Origin: Bacteroidota bacterium
GTDB taxonomy: Bacteria; Bacillota; UBA4882; JAAYXC01
Direction of reading: 5' to 3'
DNA length: 64,000 nucleotides
NCBI GenBank assembly: GCA_050260415.1
Contig: JBLNCE010000111.1
Location: 41,798-105,797 of the forward strand
The notes beneath the pieces were generated by a model. It searched no databases. It was not told where the DNA came from and saw only the letters and a list, made by a program, of their open reading frames with translations. Both the position numbers and the translations under genes were made by a program. Positions 41,704-51,376 of the stretch are shown piece by piece. Positions within the stretch are counted from its first letter, which is position 1. Each line of letters opens with the position of its first letter.

Positions 41704-43437
41704 GTGAGCAAAGAGATAGTGATGAATGTAGGACCCGGTGAGACCAGGGTCGCGATTCTTGAGGATGGCCGTTTGGTGGAGCTGTCGTTCGAACGAAACG
41801 GAACGGCCAAGAACGCCGGCAACATTTACAAGGGTCGCGTGGAAAACGTCCTGCCCGGCATGGGGGCCGCCTTCGTGGACCTCGGCATGGAGCGCAACGC
41901 GTTTCTGTACGTCGATGACGTTCACCTGGCGCGGCAATCGGTGGCGCCCGAGGAAGAAGTGGATCTTCCGCGCCCGTCGATCCGGGACATGGTCAAGGTA
42001 GGTCAGGAGATCGTCATCCAGATGGTCAAAGAACCCATCGGCAGCAAGGGAGCGCGCGTCACCACCGACTTGACGATCCCAGGCCGTTACCTGGTCTTGA
42101 TGCCCAATCTCGATTACGTCGGCGTCTCCCGGCGCATCGAAGATGAAACGGAACGAGGGCGCCTGCGCGCGCTGGCCGCGCGGCTTAAGCCGCCCCGGAT
42201 GGGGCTGATCGTGCGCACGGCGGCCGAAGGCGAGGATGAAAAGGAACTAACGGCGGATCGGGATTTTCTGCTCAACGTCTGGCGCCGCATTCAGAAAAAG
42301 GCAAAACACTCGCCGGTGCCTTCGGTCCTCTATCGCGATCACGACCTGCTCTATCGCATCATGCGGGATCTTTTCACCAAGGAAATCGATCGTCTGGTCA
42401 TCGACCTGCCGGCCGCCTATGAAAAGGCGCTGGAAATGCTGAAGACTTTTGCGCCGCATCTCCGGACCCGCGTGCAACTGTATCAGGGCGAGGCGCCGAT
42501 CTTTGAAGCATATGGCATCGAAGCGGAGATGGAAAAGGCCCTGAGGCGCAAGGTGTGGTTGGATTGCGGCGCGTACTTGGTCTTTGATGAGACCGAGGCT
42601 CTGAGCGTGATCGATGTCAATACCGGCAAGTTTACGGGCACGACCTGCCTCGAGGATACCGTGTTGCGGACGAACCTGGAAGCCACCGCGGAGATCGGCC
42701 GTCAGATCCGTCTGCGCAACCTCGGCGGCATAATCATCGTCGACTTCATCGACATGGAGACCGACGAGGCCAGGGCGCAAGTGCTCGCGGCCTTGCAGGC
42801 GGCTCTGCGCCACGACAAGAACAAGACCAATATCCTGGGTTTTACTTCCCTCGGTCTCGTGGAAATGACGCGCAAGAAAGTCCGGCAGAGCCTCAACGAA
42901 TTGTTGATGGACGATTGTCCGCATTGCGAGGGCGTGGGACGCGTCACCTCCCTGGAGACCCTGGCCCTGGCGGCCGAACGCCGTATCCAGCGCCTTTGCG
43001 CGGCGGAACCAAGCGAGGCGGTGCTGCTCGCTTTACACCCTGCCATCGCGGCCCTGCTGATCGGGCCGGGAGGCAGCAACCTGGCCAGGCTCGAGGCGGA
43101 AGTCGGCCGTGTGCTCTTTATCAAAGGCCGGGACGACGTAGCGCCTGGAGAAGTCAAGATCGTGGGCCGGGGGATGCGAACCGAACTCGAGAACATGGCC
43201 CTGCCGGTCAGGGAAGGCGAGGTCTTGGAGTTGGACGTGCGCGAGGCGCATGTCAGCAACCCGGCCGACGGTATCGCGCGGATCGAAGGCTATATCGTGG
43301 ATATCGAGGGTGCCGGCCGCTTTGTCGGGCAGCGGGTCCGGGTGCAGATCGTGCGGACTTTCCGCACGTACGCCAGGGGACGGGTGGTCGGCGCCGATCT
43401 GCCGATGGACAATGAAAATGTCACCCTAAGAACATGA
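41704..43437 (+). CDS. rng: Rne/Rng family ribonuclease with C-terminal TRAM-like domain
   Basis: S1 domain (NIYKGRVENVLPGMGAAFVDLG), catalytic core (IDVNTGKF, IIIVDFIDM), CPHCEG zinc link and a C-terminal GIARIEGYIVDIEGAGRFVGQRVRVQI segment. Confidence 0.85.
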   Translation: MSKEIVMNVGPGETRVAILEDGRLVELSFERNGTAKNAGNIYKGRVENVLPGMGAAFVDLGMERNAFLYVDDVHLARQSVAPEEEVDLPRPSIRDMVKVGQEIVIQMVKEPIGSKGARVTTDLTIPGRYLVLMPNLDYVGVSRRIEDETERGRLRALAARLKPPRMGLIVRTAAEGEDEKELTADRDFLLNVWRRIQKKAKHSPVPSVLYRDHDLLYRIMRDLFTKEIDRLVIDLPAAYEKALEMLKTFAPHLRTRVQLYQGEAPIFEAYGIEAEMEKALRRKVWLDCGAYLVFDETEALSVIDVNTGKFTGTTCLEDTVLRTNLEATAEIGRQIRLRNLGGIIIVDFIDMETDEARAQVLAALQAALRHDKNKTNILGFTSLGLVEMTRKKVRQSLNELLMDDCPHCEGVGRVTSLETLALAAERRIQRLCAAEPSEAVLLALHPAIAALLIGPGGSNLARLEAEVGRVLFIKGRDDVAPGEVKIVGRGMRTELENMALPVREGEVLELDVREAHVSNPADGIARIEGYIVDIEGAGRFVGQRVRVQIVRTFRTYARGRVVGADLPMDNENVTLRT

Positions 43438-43513
43438 AGATCGGACAGAGAAAATGTCACCCCCCCTACGTCCGGGGTGGTGGACGGCAATTGGACGCCA
43501 CGCGGCAAGGTAC

Positions 43514-43542
43514 TTGCTCGTTTCCCCGCGCCGTGCTATAAT
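43514..43542 (+). promoter_or_regulatory. sigma-A-type promoter with extended -10
   Basis: TTGCTC, 17 nt, TATAAT preceded by TGc. Lies 38 nt upstream of the small ORF at 43580. Confidence 0.55.
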
Positions 43543-43579
43543 GACCTTGTGACGAACATTTGTTCGGGGAGGAACGGGC

Positions 43580-43828
43580 TTGTCAAGCGAGATAAACGAG
43601 CGCGTCGAGGTGGTGGCCGCTTTTGGGCGCGGCGGCGTCAGGCCGCGCACGTTCACCTGGGCAAGGCGGCAGTACCTGATCCGGCAAGTGACCGCAGCTT
43701 GGACCGAGAGCGAGGGGTTCTACCGCCAACACCACTTTGCCGTCATGACCGATGGCGCAAATATCTACGAGCTCTGTTTTCACACCCGCGATCTGGCCTG
43801 GTGTCTGATCCGCATCCATCACGATTAA
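43580..43828 (+). CDS. small conserved-looking protein of unknown function (82 aa)
   Basis: GGGGAGG lies 7 nt before TTG. Shares the pattern ERV..R.F.W......V...W....F....T..G..Y.L......W.L with ORF 56225-56494. Confidence 0.6.
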   Translation: MSSEINERVEVVAAFGRGGVRPRTFTWARRQYLIRQVTAAWTESEGFYRQHHFAVMTDGANIYELCFHTRDLAWCLIRIHHD

Positions 43829-43872
43829 ACCCGGATCTCATCTCGAAAACTCGGTCCAAGGGGTGGTGGAGC

Positions 43873-44745
43873 ATGATCCTCGTCGGCACCTCCGGGTTTA
43901 GTTACCTTGACTGGACGGGGGTCTTCTACCCGCCGGGCACCGGCCGGCCGGAGATGCTCCCCTATTACGCCACGCGTTTTTCCCTGGTCGAGTTGGATTA
44001 CACCTACTATCAGATGCCCAACGCCCGCACCATGGCCGCCATGGCCGCCAAGACACCGCCCACTTTCACCTTTTGCGTCAAGGCTTACAAGGAGCTGACC
44101 CACCGCCGCGATCTGCTCGCGGATGAACTGACCCGCCTCGCGGATGCTTTTCGCCACGCCCTGGAGCCGCTGCAGGAGGCCGGCAAGCTCGGTTGCGTCT
44201 TGGCTCAGTTCCCCTGGAGCTTTCGCGCGACACCGGAGAGCCTCGAGTTCATCGCGGCCCTTCAGGCATCCCTGCCGGGGCTGCCCATGGTCATCGAGTT
44301 TCGCAACGTGGAGTGGGTCAAGAAAGAGACCTTCGTCTTTCTCAGGGATTTCGGCCTCGGTTTCTGCTGCGTGGACGAACCGCGCTTGCGCGGCCTCTTC
44401 CCGCCGCTTGCCCTCGCCACCAATACCATAGGGTATATCCGCTTCCACGGACGCAACGCGGTCAAATGGTGGCGGCACGAGGAGGCGTGGGAAAGATATG
44501 ATTATGACTATTCCCAGGCGGAACTGGCGGAATGGATACCGCGGATTCGAAAGGTCTCCGCCCGGACCGAACGGACCTTTGTCCTCATGAACAACTGCCA
44601 TGCCGGATATGCCGTGCAAAACGCGTTGCGGCTGCAAGCCATGCTGCAGGATGAATCCCTGGCCGGCGACCACGGCGCGGACGCGGGCGGCGCGGGCGCG
44701 GCCAATGCCGGCGTGTTTCATGAGGAGCAACGATCGTGGCTCTAG
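43873..44745 (+). CDS. DUF72 (UPF0759, YecE-like) protein
   Basis: MILVGTSGFSYLDWTGVFYP, YQMP and IRFHGRN. ATG follows GGTGGTGGAG. The track ORF 43477 start is a spurious extension. Confidence 0.85.
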   Translation: MILVGTSGFSYLDWTGVFYPPGTGRPEMLPYYATRFSLVELDYTYYQMPNARTMAAMAAKTPPTFTFCVKAYKELTHRRDLLADELTRLADAFRHALEPLQEAGKLGCVLAQFPWSFRATPESLEFIAALQASLPGLPMVIEFRNVEWVKKETFVFLRDFGLGFCCVDEPRLRGLFPPLALATNTIGYIRFHGRNAVKWWRHEEAWERYDYDYSQAELAEWIPRIRKVSARTERTFVLMNNCHAGYAVQNALRLQAMLQDESLAGDHGADAGGAGAANAGVFHEEQRSWL

Positions 44746-44776
44746 AAGCGGTGCGAAAACCCTAAAACCTAATCTC

Positions 44777-44808
44777 GCGCAAAGGCGCAAAGGCGCAAAG
44801 GCGCAGAG
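44777..44808 (+). repeat. tandem octamer repeat (GCGCAAAG x3 + GCGCAGAG)
   Basis: Read directly from the sequence. Lies immediately upstream of dispersed repeat copy 2. Confidence 0.8.
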
Positions 44809-44818
44809 GAAAAACGAA

Positions 44819-44893
44819 ACGGCTTTAACCTGGTAATTTGCTTGACGCATTTCTCTGCGTCTCCGCGCCGCTGCGGGATGATGAGTTTCTTAC
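44819..44893 (+). repeat. dispersed ~75-nt repeat, copy 2
   Basis: ACGGCTTTAACCTGGTAATTTGCTTGACGCATTTCTCTGCGTCTCCGCGCCGCTGCGGGATGATGAG aligns with copy 1 at 3748-3823. Lies between convergent genes. Confidence 0.6.
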
Positions 44894-44926
44894 CGTTCTT
44901 GACTTGCGGCGACTTTAGCGCGGGGA

Positions 44927-45334
44927 CTATTTTTCCTTTCCCTGGCCCAGGAGCCCCTGGCCCAACGATCCCTGGCCCAGCGTTCCGAGCAGCGAAACCA
45001 AGGCCGTGGGGTCCAGCTTACCGCCGCCGCCGGCCATGCCCGCCAGCGAGGTCAGGGCGGCGAGGTTCGCGTTGTCGCCGCCGAAGAGCCCTACCAGCTT
45101 TCCGAGGGCTCCGATCTCAAGCTTACCCGCGCTCTTCTCGAGTTCGGCGAGGAGATCGACGATCGCCTGCGCCTTATCGCTTAGGTAAGGCTTGATCGAT
45201 AAAAACTGGGAGAGATCGTCTTTAGTGATGAAATTTCCCTGGACCTCCACGGGTTTCCGGGTGCTCGTACGGCGCCGGGTGCTGCCTGGCGCTCGCGCCG
45301 GCCTTTCATCTTGACGGTCGTCCTCATGACCCAT
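44927..45334 (-). CDS. hypothetical protein with Gly/Leu-rich C-terminus
   Basis: ATG lies 10 nt after GGAGG. Basic N-terminus, and the C-terminus has low-complexity GQGSLGQGLLGQG. Divergent from groES. Confidence 0.5.
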   Translation of the reverse strand: MGHEDDRQDERPARAPGSTRRRTSTRKPVEVQGNFITKDDLSQFLSIKPYLSDKAQAIVDLLAELEKSAGKLEIGALGKLVGLFGGDNANLAALTSLAGMAGGGGKLDPTALVSLLGTLGQGSLGQGLLGQGKEK

Positions 45335-45503
45335 TCTCAAATCGCCTCCACATGAGTTCTCCTCTCTATGCTATGCTTGGACCGCGTAGACCGCGCGGAT
45401 GTCTCCCGCTTCACGGGCAAGACTCTTAGCCAGATATCGGGCGATTTTCGTCGGTAGCCGGTCATATTTACAAGCATTCGCCATTTACGGGACCTAGGGC
45501 AGT

Positions 45504-45532
45504 TTGCCTCATGTTGGCAGATTGCGTAAAAT
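45504..45532 (+). promoter_or_regulatory. sigma-A-type promoter of groESL
   Basis: TTGCCT, 17 nt, TAAAAT, ending 12 nt before CIRCE. Confidence 0.55.
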
Positions 45533-45544
45533 CATGACTGGAGA

Positions 45545-45571
45545 TTAGCACTCACCTTCCCTGAGTGCTAA
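45545..45571 (+). promoter_or_regulatory. CIRCE operator (HrcA binding site)
   Basis: TTAGCACTC-N9-GAGTGCTAA is a perfect match to the established CIRCE consensus. Confidence 0.9.
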
Positions 45572-45591
45572 CAAGGAGAGGAGGGGTTCAA

Positions 45592-45879
45592 GTGAAGATC
45601 AGACCCTTGGGCGAACGGGTGGTCGTAAAGTCGCTGGAAGAAGAAGAAAAGACCCCGAGCGGCATCATCATGCCGGACACCGCGAAGGAGAAACCGCAGA
45701 AGGGCCAGGTTTTGGCCGTAGGACCGGGTAAAGTGCTCGAGAACGGGACCCGCCAAGCCATGGAGGTCAAGAGCGGCGATACGGTGATCTTCGCCAAGTA
45801 TTCCGGTTCCGAAGTCAAGGTTGACGGCGAGGAAGTCTTGATCTTGAGGGAAAGCGACGTCCTTGCGATTCTGCGTTGA
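45592..45879 (+). CDS. groES: co-chaperonin GroES
   Basis: [13 protein letters not shown]...[23 protein letters not shown] lies 5 nt after GGAGAGGAGGGG. Confidence 0.95.
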   Translation: MKIRPLGERVVVKSLEEEEKTPSGIIMPDTAKEKPQKGQVLAVGPGKVLENGTRQAMEVKSGDTVIFAKYSGSEVKVDGEEVLILRESDVLAILR

Positions 45880-45932
45880 CCGGTTCCGCCCGTGAAAGCT
45901 TCTCTGTCTTTTGAGTTGCGAGAGGAGGATGA

Positions 45933-47558
<1,626 letters not shown>

Positions 47559-47603
47559 ACCAGGATTTCGAGAGTACCTAAGGCACTGCGGAGCTTACCT
47601 TTC

Positions 47604-47641
47604 GGAGCGGCGGCTGGCGATGACGGCCGCCGCTCTTTCTT
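47604..47641 (+). terminator. intrinsic terminator after groEL
   Basis: GGAGCGGCGGC...GCCGCCGCTC followed by TTTCTT. Confidence 0.6.
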
Positions 47642-47744
47642 GGGGGATGAAAACCCGCCGGCGCACGAAGGGAAGGAGATCGGCTTTACGGGGGAGAATA
47701 GGGAAGTGCGGCGGGAAATCTCCGCCGCGCAAGGGGGAAGAAGG

Positions 47745-48012
47745 ATGGCGAAGCTCGTTTGGTAGGATCTCACCGCGATCGCGGTGAGCATGGAAGAACA
47801 GGGACGCGATTTTTATCAATCCTTGGCCGCCAAGGCCGAAAACCAGCAAGCACGGCAGATGCTGGGAACATTGGCGGCGGAAGAGGAGGAGCACGCGACA
47901 ATCTTTCGTCGCGGTCTACCCGGGGCCGCCTTTGCCTTGACCGATGCACAGACCGCGTATATACAGGTGTTGAGGGCGGCTCCGTTCGAAGCGGATACGG
48001 AAGCCGCGCCGA
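47745..48012 (+). pseudogene. ferritin-like/rubrerythrin-family remnant (in-frame TAG, 3' half missing)
   Basis: A good SD (GGGGGAAGAAGG) and ATG 47745 are followed 6 codons later by TAG (47763-47765). Then comes DLTAIAVSMEEQGRDFYQSLAAKAENQQARQMLGTLAAEEEEH, which is only one E..H half-site. The frame then runs antisense into yigZ. Confidence 0.5.
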
Positions 48013-48618
48013 TTAATGGCCGTCCCCGGTCCATGCGGGCGTCAGGCCGAGGCCAGCCAGGGCGGATAATACGGCGGCACGGGCTTGGACAGGGATCTCA
48101 AAACGAACCGTTACCACCGCGCCGTAGGCAACGCCGCATTCCCTCCCGCCCAGCCCGCGGATGAGGTGGCGGGCCGAATCGAGCCGGTCATAAGGCACGG
48201 GGAGCACGAACCCGCAACAGTGCTCGCGGTCCACCGCTCCCGCCTGGGATAGGGCTTCTATGGTAACGGCGCGGTAAGCCTCGATCAAGCCGGGTATGCC
48301 CAGTTTCTTGCCGCCGAAGTATCTCGCCACGACCGCCATGGTGTTCGTGACGCCGGCCGAGAGCAGGGCGCCCAGGATGGGCCGGCCCGCGGAGCCGCTT
48401 GGTTCACCGTCATCGGCGGCATGAACCATGGCGGCCTTACCCTCCCCGAGCCGGTAGGCGAAGCAATGGTGGTCGGCCTTGGGCTCGCTTGCCTTGATCG
48501 TGTGCAGGAACGCACGTGTTTCGGTCTCGGATCCCACTTCGCGGACGTAGGCGATAAAAACCGAGCGGCAGACGACAATCCGGCTGCTGGCCTCCCTGGC
48601 CACCGTCCGGTACGGCAT
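48013..48618 (-). CDS. yigZ: IMPACT/YigZ family protein
   Basis: HHCFAYRLG, DDGEPSGSAGRPIL and VVARYFGGKKLG. ATG at 48618 follows GGAAAGGAAG. The track ORF extends spuriously to 48936. Confidence 0.85.
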   Translation of the reverse strand: MPYRTVAREASSRIVVCRSVFIAYVREVGSETETRAFLHTIKASEPKADHHCFAYRLGEGKAAMVHAADDGEPSGSAGRPILGALLSAGVTNTMAVVARYFGGKKLGIPGLIEAYRAVTIEALSQAGAVDREHCCGFVLPVPYDRLDSARHLIRGLGGRECGVAYGAVVTVRFEIPVQARAAVLSALAGLGLTPAWTGDGH

Positions 48619-48645
48619 GGCAATCTTCCTTTCCGAGGTGGTTTC

Positions 48646-50070
48646 GTGCGCGACGAATACGATGTCATCATTATCGGCGCGGGACCCGCCGGGATCTTCA
48701 CCGCCCTGGAGCTTACCAAGCTGTGGCCGCAGGCGCGCGTGCTCATGGTGGACAAAGGCCGCGCGATCGCCGAGCGGCATTGTCCGGCGCAAGCCGGAGG
48801 GCAGTGCCGCGCCTGCGATCCTTGCTCCGTCACCAGCGGCTGGTCGGGAGCCGGAGCCCACAGCGACGGCAAGTTGTCCCTTTCGCCGGCCGTCGGGGGC
48901 CGCCTGACGGACTATATGACCGAGGAGCGGGCACAATCGCTAATCGACTATGCGGACGGCATCTATCTGCAATTCGGTGCCAGGCAGGAAGTGCACGGCC
49001 TCAACGAACGCCGCGTGGAAGACTTGGCTTACGAGGCGTCCAAATATAACATACAGCTCATTCCCTGCCCCGTCCGCCATCTCGGCACGGAATTGGCCGC
49101 CGTGGTACTGGGGCGCATGTACCAACACCTGGTGGGCGAAGGCCGCGTGGATTTCGCCCCCCGAACCCGGGCCGATCTCATCCTGACCAACGACCGGAAG
49201 ACGGGGATCGTGGCGGTCACTCTACGCGACGGAGAGCAGACCAAGACGGTGAGAACGAAATTCATCGTGGCCGCGCCCGGCCGCGGCGGCGCCGAATGGC
49301 TGCGCGTCGAGACCCAGAGGCTCGCGATCCGGACGGAAAGCAATGAAGTGGATATCGGCGTGCGCGTCGAGGTCCCCAACTCCATCATGGACCGTCTGAC
49401 CAAGGACCTCTATGAAGCGAAACTGGTCTATTACTCCGATACCTTTGACAACCGCGTGCGTTCCTTTTGCATGAATCCGGGCGGCGTCGTCTCTGAGGAG
49501 CATTACGAAGGCCAAATTGCGGTGGTCAATGGCCACAGTTACGCCGACCAATCCTTAAAGACCGGGAACACCAACTTTGCTTTGCTGGTTTCGACGCGGT
49601 TCACCCAGCCGTTCGATGAACCAATCGAATACGGCAAGTACGTCGCCCGCTTGGCCAATATGTTGACCGGCGGCGGCGTCATGGTTCAGCGCCTGGGGGA
49701 TCTACTGCGCGGCCGGCGCACGGACTTGGACCGGCTGCGCAAGTCCACGACCATTCCGACCCTGCGGAGCGCCATCCCGGGTGACCTCAGTTATGTCCTT
49801 CCGCACAGATATTTGACATCCATCGTCGAGACCCTGCGAGCCCTGGAGAACATCGTTCCCGGTATATACGGGCGCAACACATTGCTCTATGGCGTGGAGG
49901 TCAAGTTCTACTCTTCCAAAGTGAGGGTGAACGAAAACTTTGAGACCGAGATCGGGAACCTGTACGCCATCGGCGATGGAGCGGGCATAACGCGCGGTCT
50001 CATGCAGGCTTCGGTGACCGGAATCGTGGTGGCACGAGACATCGCCAGCCGCGCCACGTACGGCGGCTAG
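48646..50070 (+). CDS. FAD-dependent oxidoreductase (COG2509-like)
   Basis: YDVIIIGAGPAGIFTA dinucleotide fold and C-terminal AIGDGAGITRG. GTG at 48646 lies 4 nt after GAGGTGG. Confidence 0.85.
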   Translation: MRDEYDVIIIGAGPAGIFTALELTKLWPQARVLMVDKGRAIAERHCPAQAGGQCRACDPCSVTSGWSGAGAHSDGKLSLSPAVGGRLTDYMTEERAQSLIDYADGIYLQFGARQEVHGLNERRVEDLAYEASKYNIQLIPCPVRHLGTELAAVVLGRMYQHLVGEGRVDFAPRTRADLILTNDRKTGIVAVTLRDGEQTKTVRTKFIVAAPGRGGAEWLRVETQRLAIRTESNEVDIGVRVEVPNSIMDRLTKDLYEAKLVYYSDTFDNRVRSFCMNPGGVVSEEHYEGQIAVVNGHSYADQSLKTGNTNFALLVSTRFTQPFDEPIEYGKYVARLANMLTGGGVMVQRLGDLLRGRRTDLDRLRKSTTIPTLRSAIPGDLSYVLPHRYLTSIVETLRALENIVPGIYGRNTLLYGVEVKFYSSKVRVNENFETEIGNLYAIGDGAGITRGLMQASVTGIVVARDIASRATYGG

Positions 50071-50072
50071 TC

Positions 50073-50135
50073 GAACTCACCCCCAGACCCTCTCTGAGCG
50101 TAGCGAAGGGGTGCCCGGTAGGGTGGGGGGTGAGT
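50073..50135 (-). repeat. REP-like nested palindromic element, copy B (inverted relative to copy A)
   Basis: GAACTCACCCCC...TGCCCGGTAGGG-TGGGGGGTGAGT matches the reverse complement of 12735-12796. The inner stem is degenerate. Confidence 0.55.
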
Positions 50136-51376
50136 CGGCAGGCGCAAAGCTGCCTCATTTTCATCCTTTTTATGCGTTAGGGGGAGGACCTCTGGAGCGT
50201 ATCGCGGCGCTAAGACTCAAACGCGGGCGCGACGGCCGGGCCGTGGCCGGGCACCCTTGGATCTATCAGGGTGAGTTGACGGCGCTGCCCACGGACATCG
50301 CTCCCGGCGGGATCGTTGACGTCCTGGATAGCTGCGGGCGTTTTGTCGGGCGCGGTTACTACAATCCGGCCTCACAAATCTGCGTCCGCATTCTTACCCG
50401 CACGCAGGAAGCAATCGACGCGGACTTCTTTGACCGGCGCCTTGCCGAGGCGATCGCGCTCCGTCGGAGGCTTCTCCCGGACGTGGACGCTCTCCGTCTC
50501 GTCTTCAGCGAGTCCGACTTCCTTCCGGGTTTGATCGTGGATCGTTACGGGGACTTCTTGGTCGTGCAATTCCTCACGCTCGGTATGGATATCCGCCGCG
50601 AACTCCTCCTTGACCTGCTCGTTCGCCGCCTGGAACCGAGGGCAATCCAGGAGCGTAGTGAGGCGGGCGCCCGGCGGCACGAAGGGCTGGAGCCGCGCGT
50701 CGGGGCGTGTTTTGGTGAAGTACCGGACGAGGTCGGGATCCAGGATGGCGGTATGCGCTGCTTCGTCGATCTGCGCGGCGGACAAAAAACAGGCTATTTC
50801 CTCGATCAGCGCGAGAACCGCCGGGCGGTGGCGGGCTTGGCTGGCGGCAGACGTATGCTCGATTGTTTCTGCCATAGCGGCATGTTTGGTATTGCCGCGG
50901 CGCAAGCGGGAGCCGTTTCCGTCCTGGGGGTGGATATCGACCCCGGCGCGCTGCGTCTTGCCGAACGCAACGCTTCTTTAAATTTCGTCCAGGAACGGTG
51001 CGCGTTCCTCGAGGCCAACGCCTTCGATTTTCTCCGCGCGGCGGCGGCGGAGGGCAGGGAATACGACCTGGTGGTACTCGATCCGCCGGCGTTCACCAAG
51101 AGTAAACTCCGCGTGGAACAGGCCTTGCGTGGATATAAGGAGATCAATCTTCGCGCCATCAAACTCCTGGCCAAGGGCGGCATCCTGGTCACCTGCTCCT
51201 GTTCGCATCATGTATCACCTTCCGTCTTTCAAGAGGTTGTCCAGGCCGCGGCCATGGACGCCGGCCGCCGGTTGCGCCTCTTGCAGCGGCGGTCCCAGGC
51301 ACCCGATCACCCCGTGTTGCTCGGCATTCCCGAAACGGAATATCTAAAATGCTTAATCCTGGAGGATGCAACTTGA
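50111..51376 (+). CDS. class I SAM-dependent rRNA methyltransferase with PUA domain (RlmI-like)
   Basis: LRLKRGRDGRAVAGHPWIY (PUA N-terminus) and VLDPPAF. The start is uncertain: the only canonical in-frame starts (50111, 50123) lie inside the REP element. Confidence 0.8.
   Translation: MPGRVGGESAGAKLPHFHPFYALGGGPLERIAALRLKRGRDGRAVAGHPWIYQGELTALPTDIAPGGIVDVLDSCGRFVGRGYYNPASQICVRILTRTQEAIDADFFDRRLAEAIALRRRLLPDVDALRLVFSESDFLPGLIVDRYGDFLVVQFLTLGMDIRRELLLDLLVRRLEPRAIQERSEAGARRHEGLEPRVGACFGEVPDEVGIQDGGMRCFVDLRGGQKTGYFLDQRENRRAVAGLAGGRRMLDCFCHSGMFGIAAAQAGAVSVLGVDIDPGALRLAERNASLNFVQERCAFLEANAFDFLRAAAAEGREYDLVVLDPPAFTKSKLRVEQALRGYKEINLRAIKLLAKGGILVTCSCSHHVSPSVFQEVVQAAAMDAGRRLRLLQRRSQAPDHPVLLGIPETEYLKCLILEDAT

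Noticed and set aside
43477-44745. Single 422-aa ORF spanning the rng-DUF72 interval
   Set aside because: Only the last 290 codons (from ATG 43873, with SD) show DUF72 motifs. The N-terminal 130 codons are Arg-rich, and they overlap a better-supported small gene in another frame (43580-43828) and its promoter.
44777-44893. CRISPR-like array
   Set aside because: The units are 8 nt with no spacers. No repeat-spacer architecture or cas genes occur anywhere in the window.
47763-47765. In-frame TAG as pyrrolysine or programmed readthrough
   Set aside because: There are no pyl genes or PYLIS-like context in the window, and the downstream ORF also lacks its C-terminal half. A pseudogene is the simpler explanation.
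48421-48936. Mutual ~500-nt overlap of track ORFs 48013-48936 (minus) and 48421-50070 (plus)
   Set aside because: Family homology and SD-supported starts place the real starts at 48618 (minus) and 48646 (plus). The overlapping parts are non-homologous extensions.
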